From Trichinella spiralis (lineage: Eukaryota): a DNA stretch of 62,949 nt. Positions 27,647 to 41,000 of the stretch are shown one piece after another. Under the pieces are notes generated by a model. The model made no database searches. It worked only from the letters and a program-made list of their open reading frames with translations, and was not told the DNA's origin. Both the position numbers and the translations under genes were made by a program. The stretch lies in NCBI RefSeq assembly GCF_000181795.1, contig NW_003526941.1:6115008-6177956 (forward strand). The letters run 5' to 3'. Every line of letters begins with the position of its first letter. Within the stretch, counting starts at the first letter, position 1.

Positions 27647-29121
27647 TTAAGTAATTAAACGAGGATGCACTTTCAGAAATGTGCCATTAGGATTGTTGAT
27701 ATCAATTTCGAATCGAATTTGTCGAAATGAATCCAACGTTGAATTGTTCTGCGTGTTCGGTTCAGCCAATGTAATATTCAACTGTGCTGATCGCTTTGTT
27801 GCCTCAGATTCTTTGAGTACTTTTTTTCCATTGCTGCTATTTTCTCTTTGCTCTTCAGCTTCTTCTTCTTTTTCTGATAACAAATTCCGAAAGGCAGGTT
27901 TTGTGAAAGTTGCTTGGTTAGCAACTTCAGCGAAACAAGGCGAATGTCGTGAAATTGTACAGTTCATGTCTAAAATTTAACAGTTTCTCAAATCAGAAAA
28001 ATTTCGAAAATTAAACCATTTTCACACCGACTAAATAGAATAATGCTCATTTATGGAACTTTATGACTTTACAGTAAGCTCATTAGGGTAAAATGAAAAT
28101 TAAGTAGACATTTTTTAAATAGAACTTTGAAAAATGGAAACATTTTAAAAATCCACTTACTGTCTGTAGATTGTTGATGGAGCGTTTTTTCATATTTTAA
28201 AGCCATCCGACTCACTGCTCCACTGCTGCTGCTATTATCGTTGCTGTTGTTTTCAATTTTGCTTTTATCAGTTTCATTTTGAATGAATATTTTGCTCTTG
28301 GGATGGTTGATGTTCAAAAATGCCGTTGAACGGTTTCCACCTAAAATACTAGTAGTGGAAGACGACGTAGATGAAGTTGAAGAACTGCATTCAGTTTCAT
28401 GAATCGAATCTTTCGCTTTTACATTCTCCACAAAGTTGAAATTTGTTCCATTCGAGAATGTGTTTTGAGGAAATTGATTCGAATCTCCAGTAGAGTCAGA
28501 GTTGATGGAAATTTCAGGATGCGCATCATCATTTTCAAGATGATTGCCGTTCATTTGATCAGAGGGGAAAATTTTATTCACTGGAGTGTAGCACGACTTT
28601 GGTGGGAGGCATCCATTTCTGTGAATCCAACTTCGTGGTACTGAGTTTGTTAACAAGAAATTATTGTGATTTTTATAATTGTTTTTCACATCTTGGGCTA
28701 ATTTTTTCGCGGCTGCTACTTTAATTGCCTGAGTAAGTAATTCCACTGGCTTCACGATCTTCTCTTCAGCTTTTGCATGTTCAACTTTGGCAGAATTGTG
28801 GGACTTTTTACCATTGCTGTTGTCAATATGCCGTAATGTTACACCTTTGCGAATTTCTTCTAACAATGCGTCACGGTTGACGGTTGACTGGCCAATGTGG
28901 CCATTTGTTGACGTCGAATTATTGTTGTTGTTGTTGCTGTTGTTAGCATTTTTCCACTGAGAAAATGAAGGAGCAGGCGGAGTTGAATAAGTAGAGATGG
29001 ACAGTGGACGAAAAGTTTCATTTTCAGCTTGAATGACCGGACTGCTTTTGTCGACAGTTTTCACCTTTCGCAGAGTAATTCCACTTCGAATCTGTGCTAG
29101 CAGAGCTTCTTTGTCAGCCAT
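27647..29121 (-). CDS. Two-WH2-domain actin-binding protein (WIP/verprolin-like N-terminus), ~427 aa
   Basis: ATG at 29121; exons 29121-28161 and 27969-27647 are joined by a phase-1 GTAAGT...TTTTAG intron. WH2 motifs: KEALLAQIRSGITLRKVKTVDKSSP and RDALLEEIRKGVTLRHI. The remainder is N/S-rich low-complexity sequence. Confidence 0.8.
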
Positions 29122-29286
29122 CGGTCTTAAAAGTGATAAAAAGGTTTTTTTTAAAGTTTGCAAAGTTGACGTTTGCACCAATTTCGAAATTATTCTATTT
29201 TGCAAAATTATTTTATTGCCGTCCGTCTACAAGGACAACTAGCAATCAAACGGAAACTGCTGTTTACTTGAGAAATGGGCATAGGA

Positions 29287-29454
29287 TGACCCTCGAATGA
29301 CCCTTTTCATCAGTGCTTTCTAGACGACAACTAAGTTCCAAGCATAGTACGATGGCAGTTTATCGACTGTTGAGTAATGTGATCTTTTGAATCATTTCGC
29401 GTTTGACGTTGGCCTTGCAATTCGGATGACTCATTTTTCAGAAAAATGACTCAT
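29287..29454 (-). promoter_or_regulatory. Candidate upstream regulatory cluster of the WH2 gene
   Basis: Two perfect ATGACTCAT (AP-1/TRE) sites at 29426 and 29446, TGACGT at 29404, and TGACCC-N5-TGACCC at 29287-29303. Confidence 0.4.
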
Positions 29455-32400
29455 CGTTCATTCAAATAAAAATAACAACAACAGTAATAATAATAATAAT
29501 AATGCTAATAAAATACCACATGAGAAAGGGTGGAAGTTTTTTTAATTTCATTTAGAAAAATGTTATATTTGAAAATTAAAATTTATCTTTCTTATTATTA
29601 AAAAAAATCAGCTTTGAGTTTATTTGTGAAAAAGCATACTTTTCGAAAAATTGAAATGGAATAGGCTTTTTTTGGCAAATGTCAGTCAATTTCAGATGCA
29701 ACTTACAGGAAATAAGTTAAGTTGACAGTTTCAGTGGATTATGTAATGAATGCTTGCAGAATTTCCGGCTTGACAACAAAACGTAATGGCAAAGAATGAT
29801 AATAACAGAGTTGAATTGGAATTTACAATAGTTGAATATCCTTAATTGTAGTCTCTTCTTCATGTCAAAGCAATATAGTCGTTACATGTGACACACATGC
29901 TCATTGTTATTAGAACCAGAATAGCCTTTTGAAGCCAATTTTACATTTGAAAATCTCGTTTTTATATTCACTTAAAGTGTTTACAAGAAGTTCGTTTATA
30001 ACTAGAAATGACAGTGCACTTTCTAATTCGATGCGAACTGTATTTAAAAATAAGGCTTCTACTGGTAAATTGTCCAAGAAAAAGCATTTTTAATCTGCAG
30101 AATGACTTCCAGCTCACTCAGTTGTAAATTTACACCAGTAACGTTGCAAATACATGTACAAATTACACTATAATTAGCAAAATAATAAAATCGGCAACAA
30201 TAATAATAGTACTAAGTAAGATCCAGGTAAAAATCAAGCGGTATCAATCTATATTTGCACGAGTTAGCTTATTAGGTAGGAGTTTTTTTTGAAATTATTA
30301 ATTTGACTTCATTAGGAGGACAAAAGGGAACAAAAAAGAAATATTTGAATTTAAGTACTTAAATATTTGAATGAGCTATGTATTATTATTTTCTGTTTTT
30401 AGCATTAAGAATCGATTAATAGGTGTAGGCTAATAAATCAAGCCGACGGAATCCTCCGTGTAGACAAGGGCAACGTTGTTGAAATAGTATAGGCTATCTA
30501 TCTATCTGTTGTGCATTAAAACAGGAACAAACATCGCGTGCAGTGCGTGCTTTATTCTTACCCTGTTTGTTATGCTTATCCAGGGGATGCAATGAATGCA
30601 ACAGTAGTCGACTTGAGTATGCAGTAACTGTGATGATGACTGATGAAGAAGCGGCAGTACAGCGTTCGACGATGCTAGTTGGTTCGTTTTAAGTTTTCTT
30701 TTCTAGAAAAAAAATAAATAAAAAAAACATGAGCATACAAATGAGTAATCTTTGCTTTCTTCGGTGATTGGCTGTCGGGGCAGTACAGTTGCTATTGACG
30801 ATGCTTATTGTAAAAGAAAAAACAAACCTGCATTTCATGCAAGTCTGTAATTAGATGTTTACTAATTTCCGGTTGAATTGAATTACTTACAATGCAGTGT
30901 AGGAAAAAGTAAATTTAAGTTCTGAAATTGATTGGCAATAAAAATATACAACTTATTTTTTTTAAATCAAAGCTCCTTTGTCAGTAAAAAAAATAAGCAA
31001 CAGTATTTTTGCTATTGTTGTTGTTGTTCAAAATATTTTAATATACAAACAATAACTGACTCACTATTAGTAAGCGGGTTGTTTGTTGTTCTGGCAGTGT
31101 TGAGCTGGACGGGCAGGAAAATTGACCAGCAGAAAGGGCTGCTTATTGTGCGCCTACTACAGGTCAAATAGACAAATATTTATAACTTCCGACTATCAGG
31201 GGCGTTGACGTTGAACAATTTGTGAAAGTTTTAATTTTTCAAAGATTTCCGTGATTGTGCTTACAATCGGTAGTTTTTGCATTTTTTTGCAAATATGAAT
31301 ATGAAATTTTTAAAGCAGAAAAAATTCTTCAGTTTTTCGATAATTTGTTGTTATAGAAGCAAAAAAGTTATAGTATCTTTATTTATTTATTTATATGGCA
31401 GCAATTTATACATGAAAATGAGAACTTTTCTTTTTCAAATTGAATTTTACAAGTTTGATCATTTGATGTAAGCAGCAAATAGCGCATTATTGAATTGGAA
31501 GCATTAAAAAAATACGTACAATGAACACGCGCTGTTGTAGTCACATGTCAAAGAAAGTAGTATCTTTTCAAAGCATGAATAGCAGGCGTAGTTTAGTTGA
31601 AAATTTTCACTAATTATTTTCATATTGTCACAGTGCGATAACAATGATGAGAAAATTTTTAATAAAAAAAATACATCGAACAATTGCAATTTTTACTTTG
31701 TACAAGCATGAAATTTTTCTTCAAATTCTTTTATGAAAATCTTGTTTAAACAAATCGAGCTGTTCTCAGCAGTTTACTCTAGAAGCTGCCTGTTTGTCCT
31801 TTTTGATATTTAGAATTGTAGGCCAATGACTTTGAATATTTTTTTCCAAAAAAAAACTGGCAACACAATCAGGCTAATCGTCGCGCTGGTGCAATTAACG
31901 CCTCATAATCGAATTTGAACATATATTATTTTGCGCTTGCAATGTGAGAATTTACATTTCAAAAAAATAATTGAAAAAATTTAATTTTCCAATATTGCTA
32001 TTTTATGTTGTGTAAATGTTTTCTTTTCAGCCAAATTGAAGTAAATAAATGCAAAATTTACTTATGATTCAAAACTGCGAATAATAAATACACTGCACTT
32101 GGTTTGAAAATTGGTCTTGGGGATTTCATGTAAGCTTTCCATACACACACATACATACATGGAGTATTCTTGTTATTCGTTGTTTGTAGTTTTTTTCAAA
32201 GCAACTGACGCGCATTACATAATATCCATTTTTTTTGTACCGAGGGAATGATCCTAATAAACATATTCAGAGAATTAATCGGTAAGAAGTTGAAAAATTT
32301 GAATTTTAATTTTTTTTCTTATAAAATAAAAATTACGAAATCAATTTTGAAATGTGAAATTGAAAAAGAATATGCTGCTTTTTCTTTGTAAAAATTTTCC

Positions 32401-35400
32401 CAGTTCAATTTAGCATTTGACGGCACACAATCGAAGAGTCATTACGTATTGTCCTGACCGGCTGGAAATGTTCATTAACTATTCTGAGATGGAAAAATCT
32501 TTGTCCAAAGCAGGTTGGAAAAGGTTTTTGCAAACCTTTCATTTTCTCTTGTCCTACAAAAAAGTGAACAAAAGGAATAATTCTTGACTTGTTGCAATTG
32601 CTATATATATATATAATATCTTTCTTCTTTCCACACTTTATTCTATTTTAATATTCATGCTTTATGTTAATTTTTTTGTTATAAAATTCTTTTCTTTTCT
32701 TTTTAAATTTTAATTTCAACACCTTAACATTTTAATACAATGATTTTAAGGTCATTTTGAAATGTCTTTATTTACAAGGTGTGAAATTCGATTTATGAGC
32801 TTTCCATTATCCGCATACGTTTCATGCATACTCACTCAATCTGCTTGTCAATGTAAAATTCTTGTTTCTACCGTGAAACATCTACTACTCCATTTTATTT
32901 TGCATATTACTTTTTCATTTTTGAAATTGCTTCTTTTTCTAAATAGATGAAATGAAGCATTTATGTCATATTTAAAGTTTGCAAATTGAACAGAAAAATG
33001 CATTCGAACATAAATGCTCATTTCTACATTATTATCAAAGTATGTAATTTTGTTTTATTTAAAGGGAATTATTTTTTCTATGTAGTATATCCAGAAATTC
33101 ATAGTTAATTCATTACTTATTTACTTATGCATTTAAATTCTGACTGATTATTAAAATCTGCTAATCGAACCAAACATATTAGAAATGGGCATAGGATGTG
33201 CTGTGATATGAATCATCATTTATTAGCTATAGATATGTATGGATTTTAAAAGCTAAATAGCTTCCATTACCACTTCTATTATATGTATATATGTATTTAT
33301 TTATATTCATATACAACAGATACGCAATATAGATGACTATCGATTTAACCGGTAATGTTGCTTGGTTAGTTTCTTTTATTATCAAAGGTATTTTAAAGCT
33401 ATTTGATTTAAAGTGCACTTTTAAAAAGATATTTTCAAATTGTGGCCATTGCATGCCCAACACCGGTCTTAACGTCAATAAATAGCTAGTGATTTGTAAA
33501 GCATGGACTTCTGTGTTTTGTTGACGCTCAGACTTCGGCAACAGTTTACTTGAAAAGTGTCTGTCCTCTGTTATTATTATTATTATGTACAATGGTCAGA
33601 AGAAATACAAGCAGCGCTGCAGCGACAGAAATTCTTATTCTTTCATCAGATTCGTTTTCTTCTATTTCAAGCAAATTGATAAGAATTATATTTTTCAACA
33701 ATTATTTATCATCTTTATAATTTTATACTGTATATTTTATAATGCTGCTAATTTCTATTTTATTTCTTTCAAACTTGTATTCAAATGTAATATTTTTTTG
33801 TCATCAGTGCATGTTCATAAATATTTACATCTTGCTGTTTATGAAATGTAATTTTAGCAAGCAATAAGCTATCAGAAGTTAACATAAATATTATCATTTG
33901 ACCAGCATCGGCAGCATTTGCTTATTGTAAGTACTTTATCAGCGGAACAGTTTCCACGCTTCAGGTTAGTGCGAAAGTTAATAAAAGGAAATCAATTATT
34001 TCGCGTTTTAGGCAAATTCATTTCTCCTCGTCTACTGAATTCCATATTAACAAATTTTAATACATATTTTTAGTGCTTTCAATTATTGCCTATTATATTT
34101 TCACTATGTGAATAGAAGTGTTGGAAAAGTTTTTGGAAAAATAAAAAAGAAAAAAACAAACCTTTTTAATTTTCATAAATAATTAATTATCAATTAGTTG
34201 AAAATGGAGTTGTTCATGTTCAAATTGATTATTAACAAAGGCAACGTGTGATGTATTTCGTTTTGGGATGTTATTTGAGACTTATTTGCATAAAGAACTG
34301 TTGAACGTTTGTTGTTAGTTGCAAAAAATTTTCTACGCTGATTAGTTCTTTAGCTTTTCTTGTTAATTGTTCTTGATTTGCAAATTGCTATGGAGGGATT
34401 GTTTTCCATTTTTCAACAAAGCTTCTTTGTTATTCCAACACAAGTTATATAGTTTATTTGCTTGTAGAAAAAGCATTGATTTGCTGACTCTGTTCTTGGC
34501 AAAGAAACTAATTGAAATAAGTTGTTAAGAGCAATATTTTCTTCACTGTTTAGCCGTTGCTATAAAAGCGTGACGATAATCAATGTATAATGGTTACAAA
34601 TCACTTTCATAGAAATGATCACAATAAAGTATATCTTATCTTTTAACTGGCTGTTTAGTTTCAATGCTGCTTTCTGCTTGTTATCCAATCCATTAGCCCT
34701 GCTGATTGTTGATCTTATGATGAATGGAAAATTTTAAATTCATTTTTTTGCAACTATAATTCAAATTTAAGAAACTTAAAACGATCATCCTATCCTAACA
34801 ATAAATTGTCTAATATAATGTAAGGAAGAAATTTTCCCTCTCTCTCTCTTTTTAAAATAAGCGAGCTTATTTTTGTTAAATTAAATTAAATTATATTATG
34901 TTCATTGTATCAAATTAAAATATTTTACATATTTTGTTGTATATTATCATCATTCATATTTTGGTCGCAAAAATTCGATAATTGTTAACGATTTTCAAAT
35001 TGCAAGCAAATCATAAAAAAAATTTTTCAATTAAATTGACACATAAAAATAAATTTGTTTATTGCTGATGAGAGTTTCAAATTTGAAAACTGCGTTAGCT
35101 AGCTATACAAAGGAGATAGAAAAAAAATGATATGTGCTAATATTAACAGGGTAATAATTACCTCGATAACATTATTTGCATAGTTGGCAAATAAGTACAT
35201 TACCTGAAGCCAGTTATTAATTTCTTGCAGAAGCTGCTGTTTTTTTTCTCATTTTTAATTTGAAGTGGAAAGTAGTGGAAAATATTTATTTTAGCAATAC
35301 AAATACATGATAATTAATATATATATATTTTTTTATTATTATTATGCATTCAATAATAGGCGAATTATTTGAACTGTGATCAATTGAAAATAAAATTATT

Positions 35401-38035
35401 CATATTTTTATTTCAAGTTGAAATTAAAGTTTTGCAAATATTTCGTTACTGAATTTATTTGTGATTTAGACGTTTTTGTTTGTTAGAAATATGAATTTTC
35501 AAGTTTTTTATATTCATTTTCCACTGACAGAATTCAAATAATTTCTTTTCTCTGAATGCTGTCAGTCAGTCGGTGTTCGGTTCGAGTTAAAAAAAGCGTG
35601 ATAAAGCTGGCTGCAAGCTGGTTAAATGAGACGATACCGACCACCTGGCCTCCACTGCTTTTTTAATTCTTTTTTCTTGCCGTTGACTTGGATATTTAGA
35701 ACTTTTATTCAGTAATACTGAAGTTCAGCAGCTTTTATTTTTTTCAAATATAATTATAATTTGATTTCAATTTTTTAATATACAGATGTCAAGTTCATGT
35801 TTGTACGAGGTGGAGTTTTTATTTTCATTATTTAATTGATCTTTTCGTTTTAATTTCAATCTTCACCGGTGAATCTGCTTGACCGCAGTTGGTGTTGTGC
35901 TGTTGATCAACCAACCAACGCTCGGCTTCTTTATGTGATTTTGTCAGACTTTAAGTTGAGTATATGAGAAGCATATATTTTTTTTCTGTCGAGGTAAATA
36001 GCAATTAATTACATTTTCAAAATACTTCTTCTTTCAATAAGAAACGCAGAGTTGTTCTTATTTTTATTGACCAACGCTGATAAAGCTGCTTTGCTATGCT
36101 GCTGTTGTATGACGTAAGCTGCCTTGCAACTGTTTTGTGCTGATATGCTGCTTTTTACTATATTGAAAAAGCTGGAAGAGGGGTTGCGTTTTTCTGCTTG
36201 AATTTTGGATTTATTGTTTCATACACAGTCGCGCATCGTTGAACATTGGAAAAATTCATTTTACTGTGATGTTAAACTTTATACATCAATAAGAATAATC
36301 ATTTACAAATCAATATGCACAATTGTGATATACATAGAATTTTTTGGATGGTAATGATAATTTTCTTTTTTACAAATCCGTACATTTGTTCTCCACTTGA
36401 TGATAATTCTATACTGCTTTTTATGATAATATGTTGCGAAATGAAAGTTCACTGTTGAACAATGAAAAAACGTTATTGCAAATACGTCAGTGTTGTTTTA
36501 TTTTGCCTGAACAAATTAACTGCATGCTTCTTGTGGTTTCATTTAACAAAAATGCTCGCAACGTGAATATTTCGATTATGTTAATTTCATTTATTAAGTG
36601 TTTTTCTTCTTTTTACAAGAGCTATTTGAACAAAAAATATTCCCCACTACAAATGCTTTTGAACGTATAAAATTCCATTAAGCAAATCTCATGTTATTTG
36701 AACATTGTCACAGTATGTTCCATTCATTCAGTTTGTATTCTCCAGATTATTATAAATTTTCATATGAAATTTGCACTTGTTGTTGCTTTTTTTTTAATTT
36801 TTTCCATTGCTTGTGAGAAAAACTTTTGTAATTGTGTGCTTGTAATAATGGGTCTTGTGTATATAAGTGAACAACAGCTTTAATAGCGTATCACAATTTT
36901 AAAATCTCTTTTTGAATTAATTTGAATTTTAATTAATTTGACCACATAATTCGTTTTAATTTTGAATATTTTACAAGAATATGGTTAGCGGTTGTGATTA
37001 CATTGTATCACTTGTGCATACACAGTAAAATTTATACACATGTAGATATTTTTATTATTGATGAGTAAAATTACAACAAATAGTATTGCGAGCAATAGAA
37101 TTGAGGAGGTCTGTTTTAGTAAGCATAGAATGTTTGCATGTTGCTATTATACTCTGCTTTAATCTAGTCGAACCAGGGTCGAATATATATGCTGCCCTTT
37201 TTGCATATTTTATTTTATATGAGTATTTTCTAACCAGCTGTTGTTGCCGATTTGTTGAGGCCGTTTGCTTTGTTTGCTTGCTAGCTTGGTTTTCAACGCA
37301 TTGACGATGATGATGATGATCATTTTCTTTGAATAGCATGCTTCAAACGGGCTGCTGTGGAGAGAGAGAGATGAGAGCAAAGAGTGAGAAAATTGTTTGT
37401 TGTGAGTCCAGTTTTTACAGCTATTTATTTTTAAATAATGCCACTGATTGAAAAGATGAAATAAAGTTGATTAATTGTGTAATAATTGATTTTTGAAATA
37501 GCAAAGAAACAAAAAAATGTTTTGTTTTTTAAAATGTACATATATATATATATATCATATGTGTGAGTGAAAATGGTAAAATTGTCATTTTTCATTGAGT
37601 GAAAAAGAAAAGTGGTGGTAAAATGATTCGTGCGGGGTTGATGACGCGAGAAATTATGCTTTAAATTTTTGATCAGTTTATTATTTGCGTTCTTAGCGTT
37701 GTGAGTTGAGTTGAGTGAGTGAGTTTTGCTGGCTTGCTTGCTTTGCTTGCTTGCTTGCAGCTGCCCACCCGGCAAAGCGACAGACACACACAGCCAACGA
37801 AAAAGCCAGGGAAAAACACGGGAAATAAATAAATCGTCTTTTGACTCTTGGCGAACGCGCTTCATCGTCGCTTCAATTGTTGCAATGCTAATTCAGCAGC
37901 ATGTATGTAGCCAAGGAAATTTTGGACGCAGATCCGAGTGGATTTCTTTTTCTCCAAATTCAATTTTTGAATTTTTTTTTTGAATTTTTCAATTGTCCAT
38001 ATTTGTAAAAATTTGGAACGAAAACATCAACGACA

Positions 38036-41000
38036 ATGCTTAAACAAGCTGCTTTGGATTCTGGTTGCGTTGGCTTTGAGCCGCAACAATGGCGCCAGGA
38101 ACGGTGCAAGCGTTGCTTTCGGCTTCAAAGTCAACACGATCAACAACAACTATTACTGAACGATGATCGTCAACTTGATGATGAAGCTGATCAAAAGCTG
38201 CTCACCACTGCTACTGCTGCTGCTGCTGCTGCTGCTGCTGATCGTTCGAAAATTTATCGTCGCCATTCATGGCGTTCAACCCCTGCTACCCTTGGTCAGA
38301 TTTCTACAACTGCGAAATCTCCAACCGATGCTGCTGTTGTTCCGGATGTCAGTGAATCGACGACGAAAAGTTCCCAACGATACGGCTCAGCGTCTTCACT
38401 GAACACCGAATGTTTGAAGTAAGTTGTGTTTATTTGCATATTCTAATCTTGATTTCTTTTCTTGTACTGGATCTTAGCTAGTCAAATTTTATCCAGCTTG
38501 TGCACGTGGTTTCAATTACGTAATTGCAAAAATCAAATCAACTTTATATATGATTGATAATCAAACAACGATTATTACTCTTTTTGATATTTTAATTGAG
38601 GCAATATGAAACAAACTTTTAGAAAAGTAAAAGTAATTTATCATCCATTTTTAATTTATAATTTTTTCAATCTTCTCAACAACTTCACTTTTAACTCAAT
38701 AGTTAATGAGTAAAATTTAATTATTTTACTTAATATAATTTTTACCATTTTCAAACTTGAAATTCAATTTTTCCTTGCTTCGACTGTGTATATTTACAAT
38801 ATGCAAAGCTGATTTTGTTCTCTTTTTATGACAATTTTTTGTAAAAAAACCTTCTTGCTTATTAATTTTATTATGCAATAATCAGGCTATGATTCAGCGA
38901 TAGGAATTGGTGTGCTATTTTACTAGATTAGCTTTTCCGGACAATTATTTATCCGCTTATTATTATTAGAGGGAGAGAGAGAGACAAGTGATGATTAAAA
39001 TTAAAGAACCATTTTTCGCAAATGCATTCCAACAGAAGATGACAATCAAACCTTCATTGTTCATTTCTGTTAAAAGAGTGTCGTTGTTTCCGGTTTAATT
39101 TAAACACAGAATCTTCTCTGATTATTCAAATAAATTTCTTTTATCTAACAACTCTGGCAAGTAGCGAATTCAATAAATAAAACTAAATGCTCTTTTTGAA
39201 TGGATTTAGCAAAAAAAGAAAATAAAAGAAAAGAAAAAAAATTATGTGCATAAATTTTTACGGATAAAATCAAAAAAGTTTTAAACTGCAATTGCTTTTA
39301 GCATTGTCTATATTTGTTTTCATACAATTTGCATATTTTTGTATACCTTTGTATGTCAGTTATGTGGTGAGCTTGGGTTTGCTTTTTTTTCTCCACTTGA
39401 CTTTGATAAAGATTTGTTTTATAAAATATTAATAAAAATTGTTTGAACAAAAGAAAAGGTCAATAATTTTTGAAAAGTGATAAATTTTATACGCTCAGCA
39501 GTTTTTGATGCTTGATTTATTTTTATTACAGTTGGCTTGGTTTGGCTTGAAAAAATATGGTAATTTTTATTTTGTATTTCGTTTTTCAAGCGTCTTTTCA
39601 AGCCAGGTTATTTTATTTTAATTTTCCGATCGAATTCAAGCTTTCTTTCAGAACACCACCATAATCGATCGAAATGAATGAAATAATGAATGCGGTTGTT
39701 TTCTTCGTTCTTCGTTTTCATTATCAACACTCTAAGTCAGTAGTGTAAGCATTTGGTTATTGTTGTTGTTGTTGTTGTTGTCCTTGTTTGCATGGTTTCT
39801 TGTTGATACCGTTTGTATGAAATTTTAATTAATATGCATATGAAAATTATGGAATCAAAATAATATAGAAAGAGAGAAAAGCTTCTTCTAGTCGTTGGGT
39901 TGGTTGGTGGTGGTGGTGGTGGTTGATTGTCACTTGGGACAATGTGGAACTCGAGTGGCGGGTTTGTCGGCAGCGTTAAAATCATCTGTGGGAATTGATT
40001 CGAGAGCTTCTATTATGGGGTCCTTATTTTTCTTTCTGAAAGCCTCGGCTATCATGCCATCAAATTGCGGTTAGGAAAAGCGTGATCGGCGCATGCCGCA
40101 CCGAAGAACAATGGGAAAACGCTTCCCCCGACCGTTCACCCTCTGCTGTCCTGCAAGGTAAAAACCCTTGATGATGAGCATTACTATTATTATCATTATT
40201 ACTATTACGTGGATAAGCTTATCATTCATCCATTCATCGTCCAATACCAATGAACACGAAAGTTATTGTTAAATGTAAATGTGAATGTTTTTTTAATGAA
40301 AAAATTTATTTCAATTTATCTGCTTAGTATTTTTCGTTCAGTTCGATTATTTTAAGATTGATTATTTCTTTTATTTGATTATATATCTTTTCTTTTGATC
40401 ATCTTTATAATCAACACCTCAGTTTTCCAATTGAACATGCTCCACGCATGATACTGTTATTCAATTGTACAAAATTTTTTCGCACAAGCAAACAAAATCG
40501 TTATCTTTTTTTGATCTTTTTTTATCCCACGCACTGGATCACTGCGCGTTATAATTCGCATGCACTCTGTTTGAGCTTTGCTGAGCATTCGATTTTGTCT
40601 TAAGACAATGCTTTACCCAAGTTATCAATCATTTATTTTGCACATGTTGATTTTATAATTTATTGTTAAAAATTATGAAATTATTTTTCATTCTTTTTCA
40701 ATGTGGGCAAGCAGCAGTTTTCAAACAAAACAACTTCTTGATGCTGCTTGATTGTGAACAGAAGACGCCAATTTGAGGAGGATCTAATTGCAATTTAAAT
40801 TGCAATTATTGAAGTGCAATCAAATAGCCTAAAGTGTACGGGCAACCTTTCCCTTCATTTCAGTGCTATAATTAAGAATAAATATTATCAGTATTCAATG
40901 CATACGTTGATTTTAGCGTATAGTATTTGGAAGAGCAAGCGAGCATCGATTGGTTAAAAAAGTATCTGTAAAGTGTATCGAAATAAATGACTTTCACACT

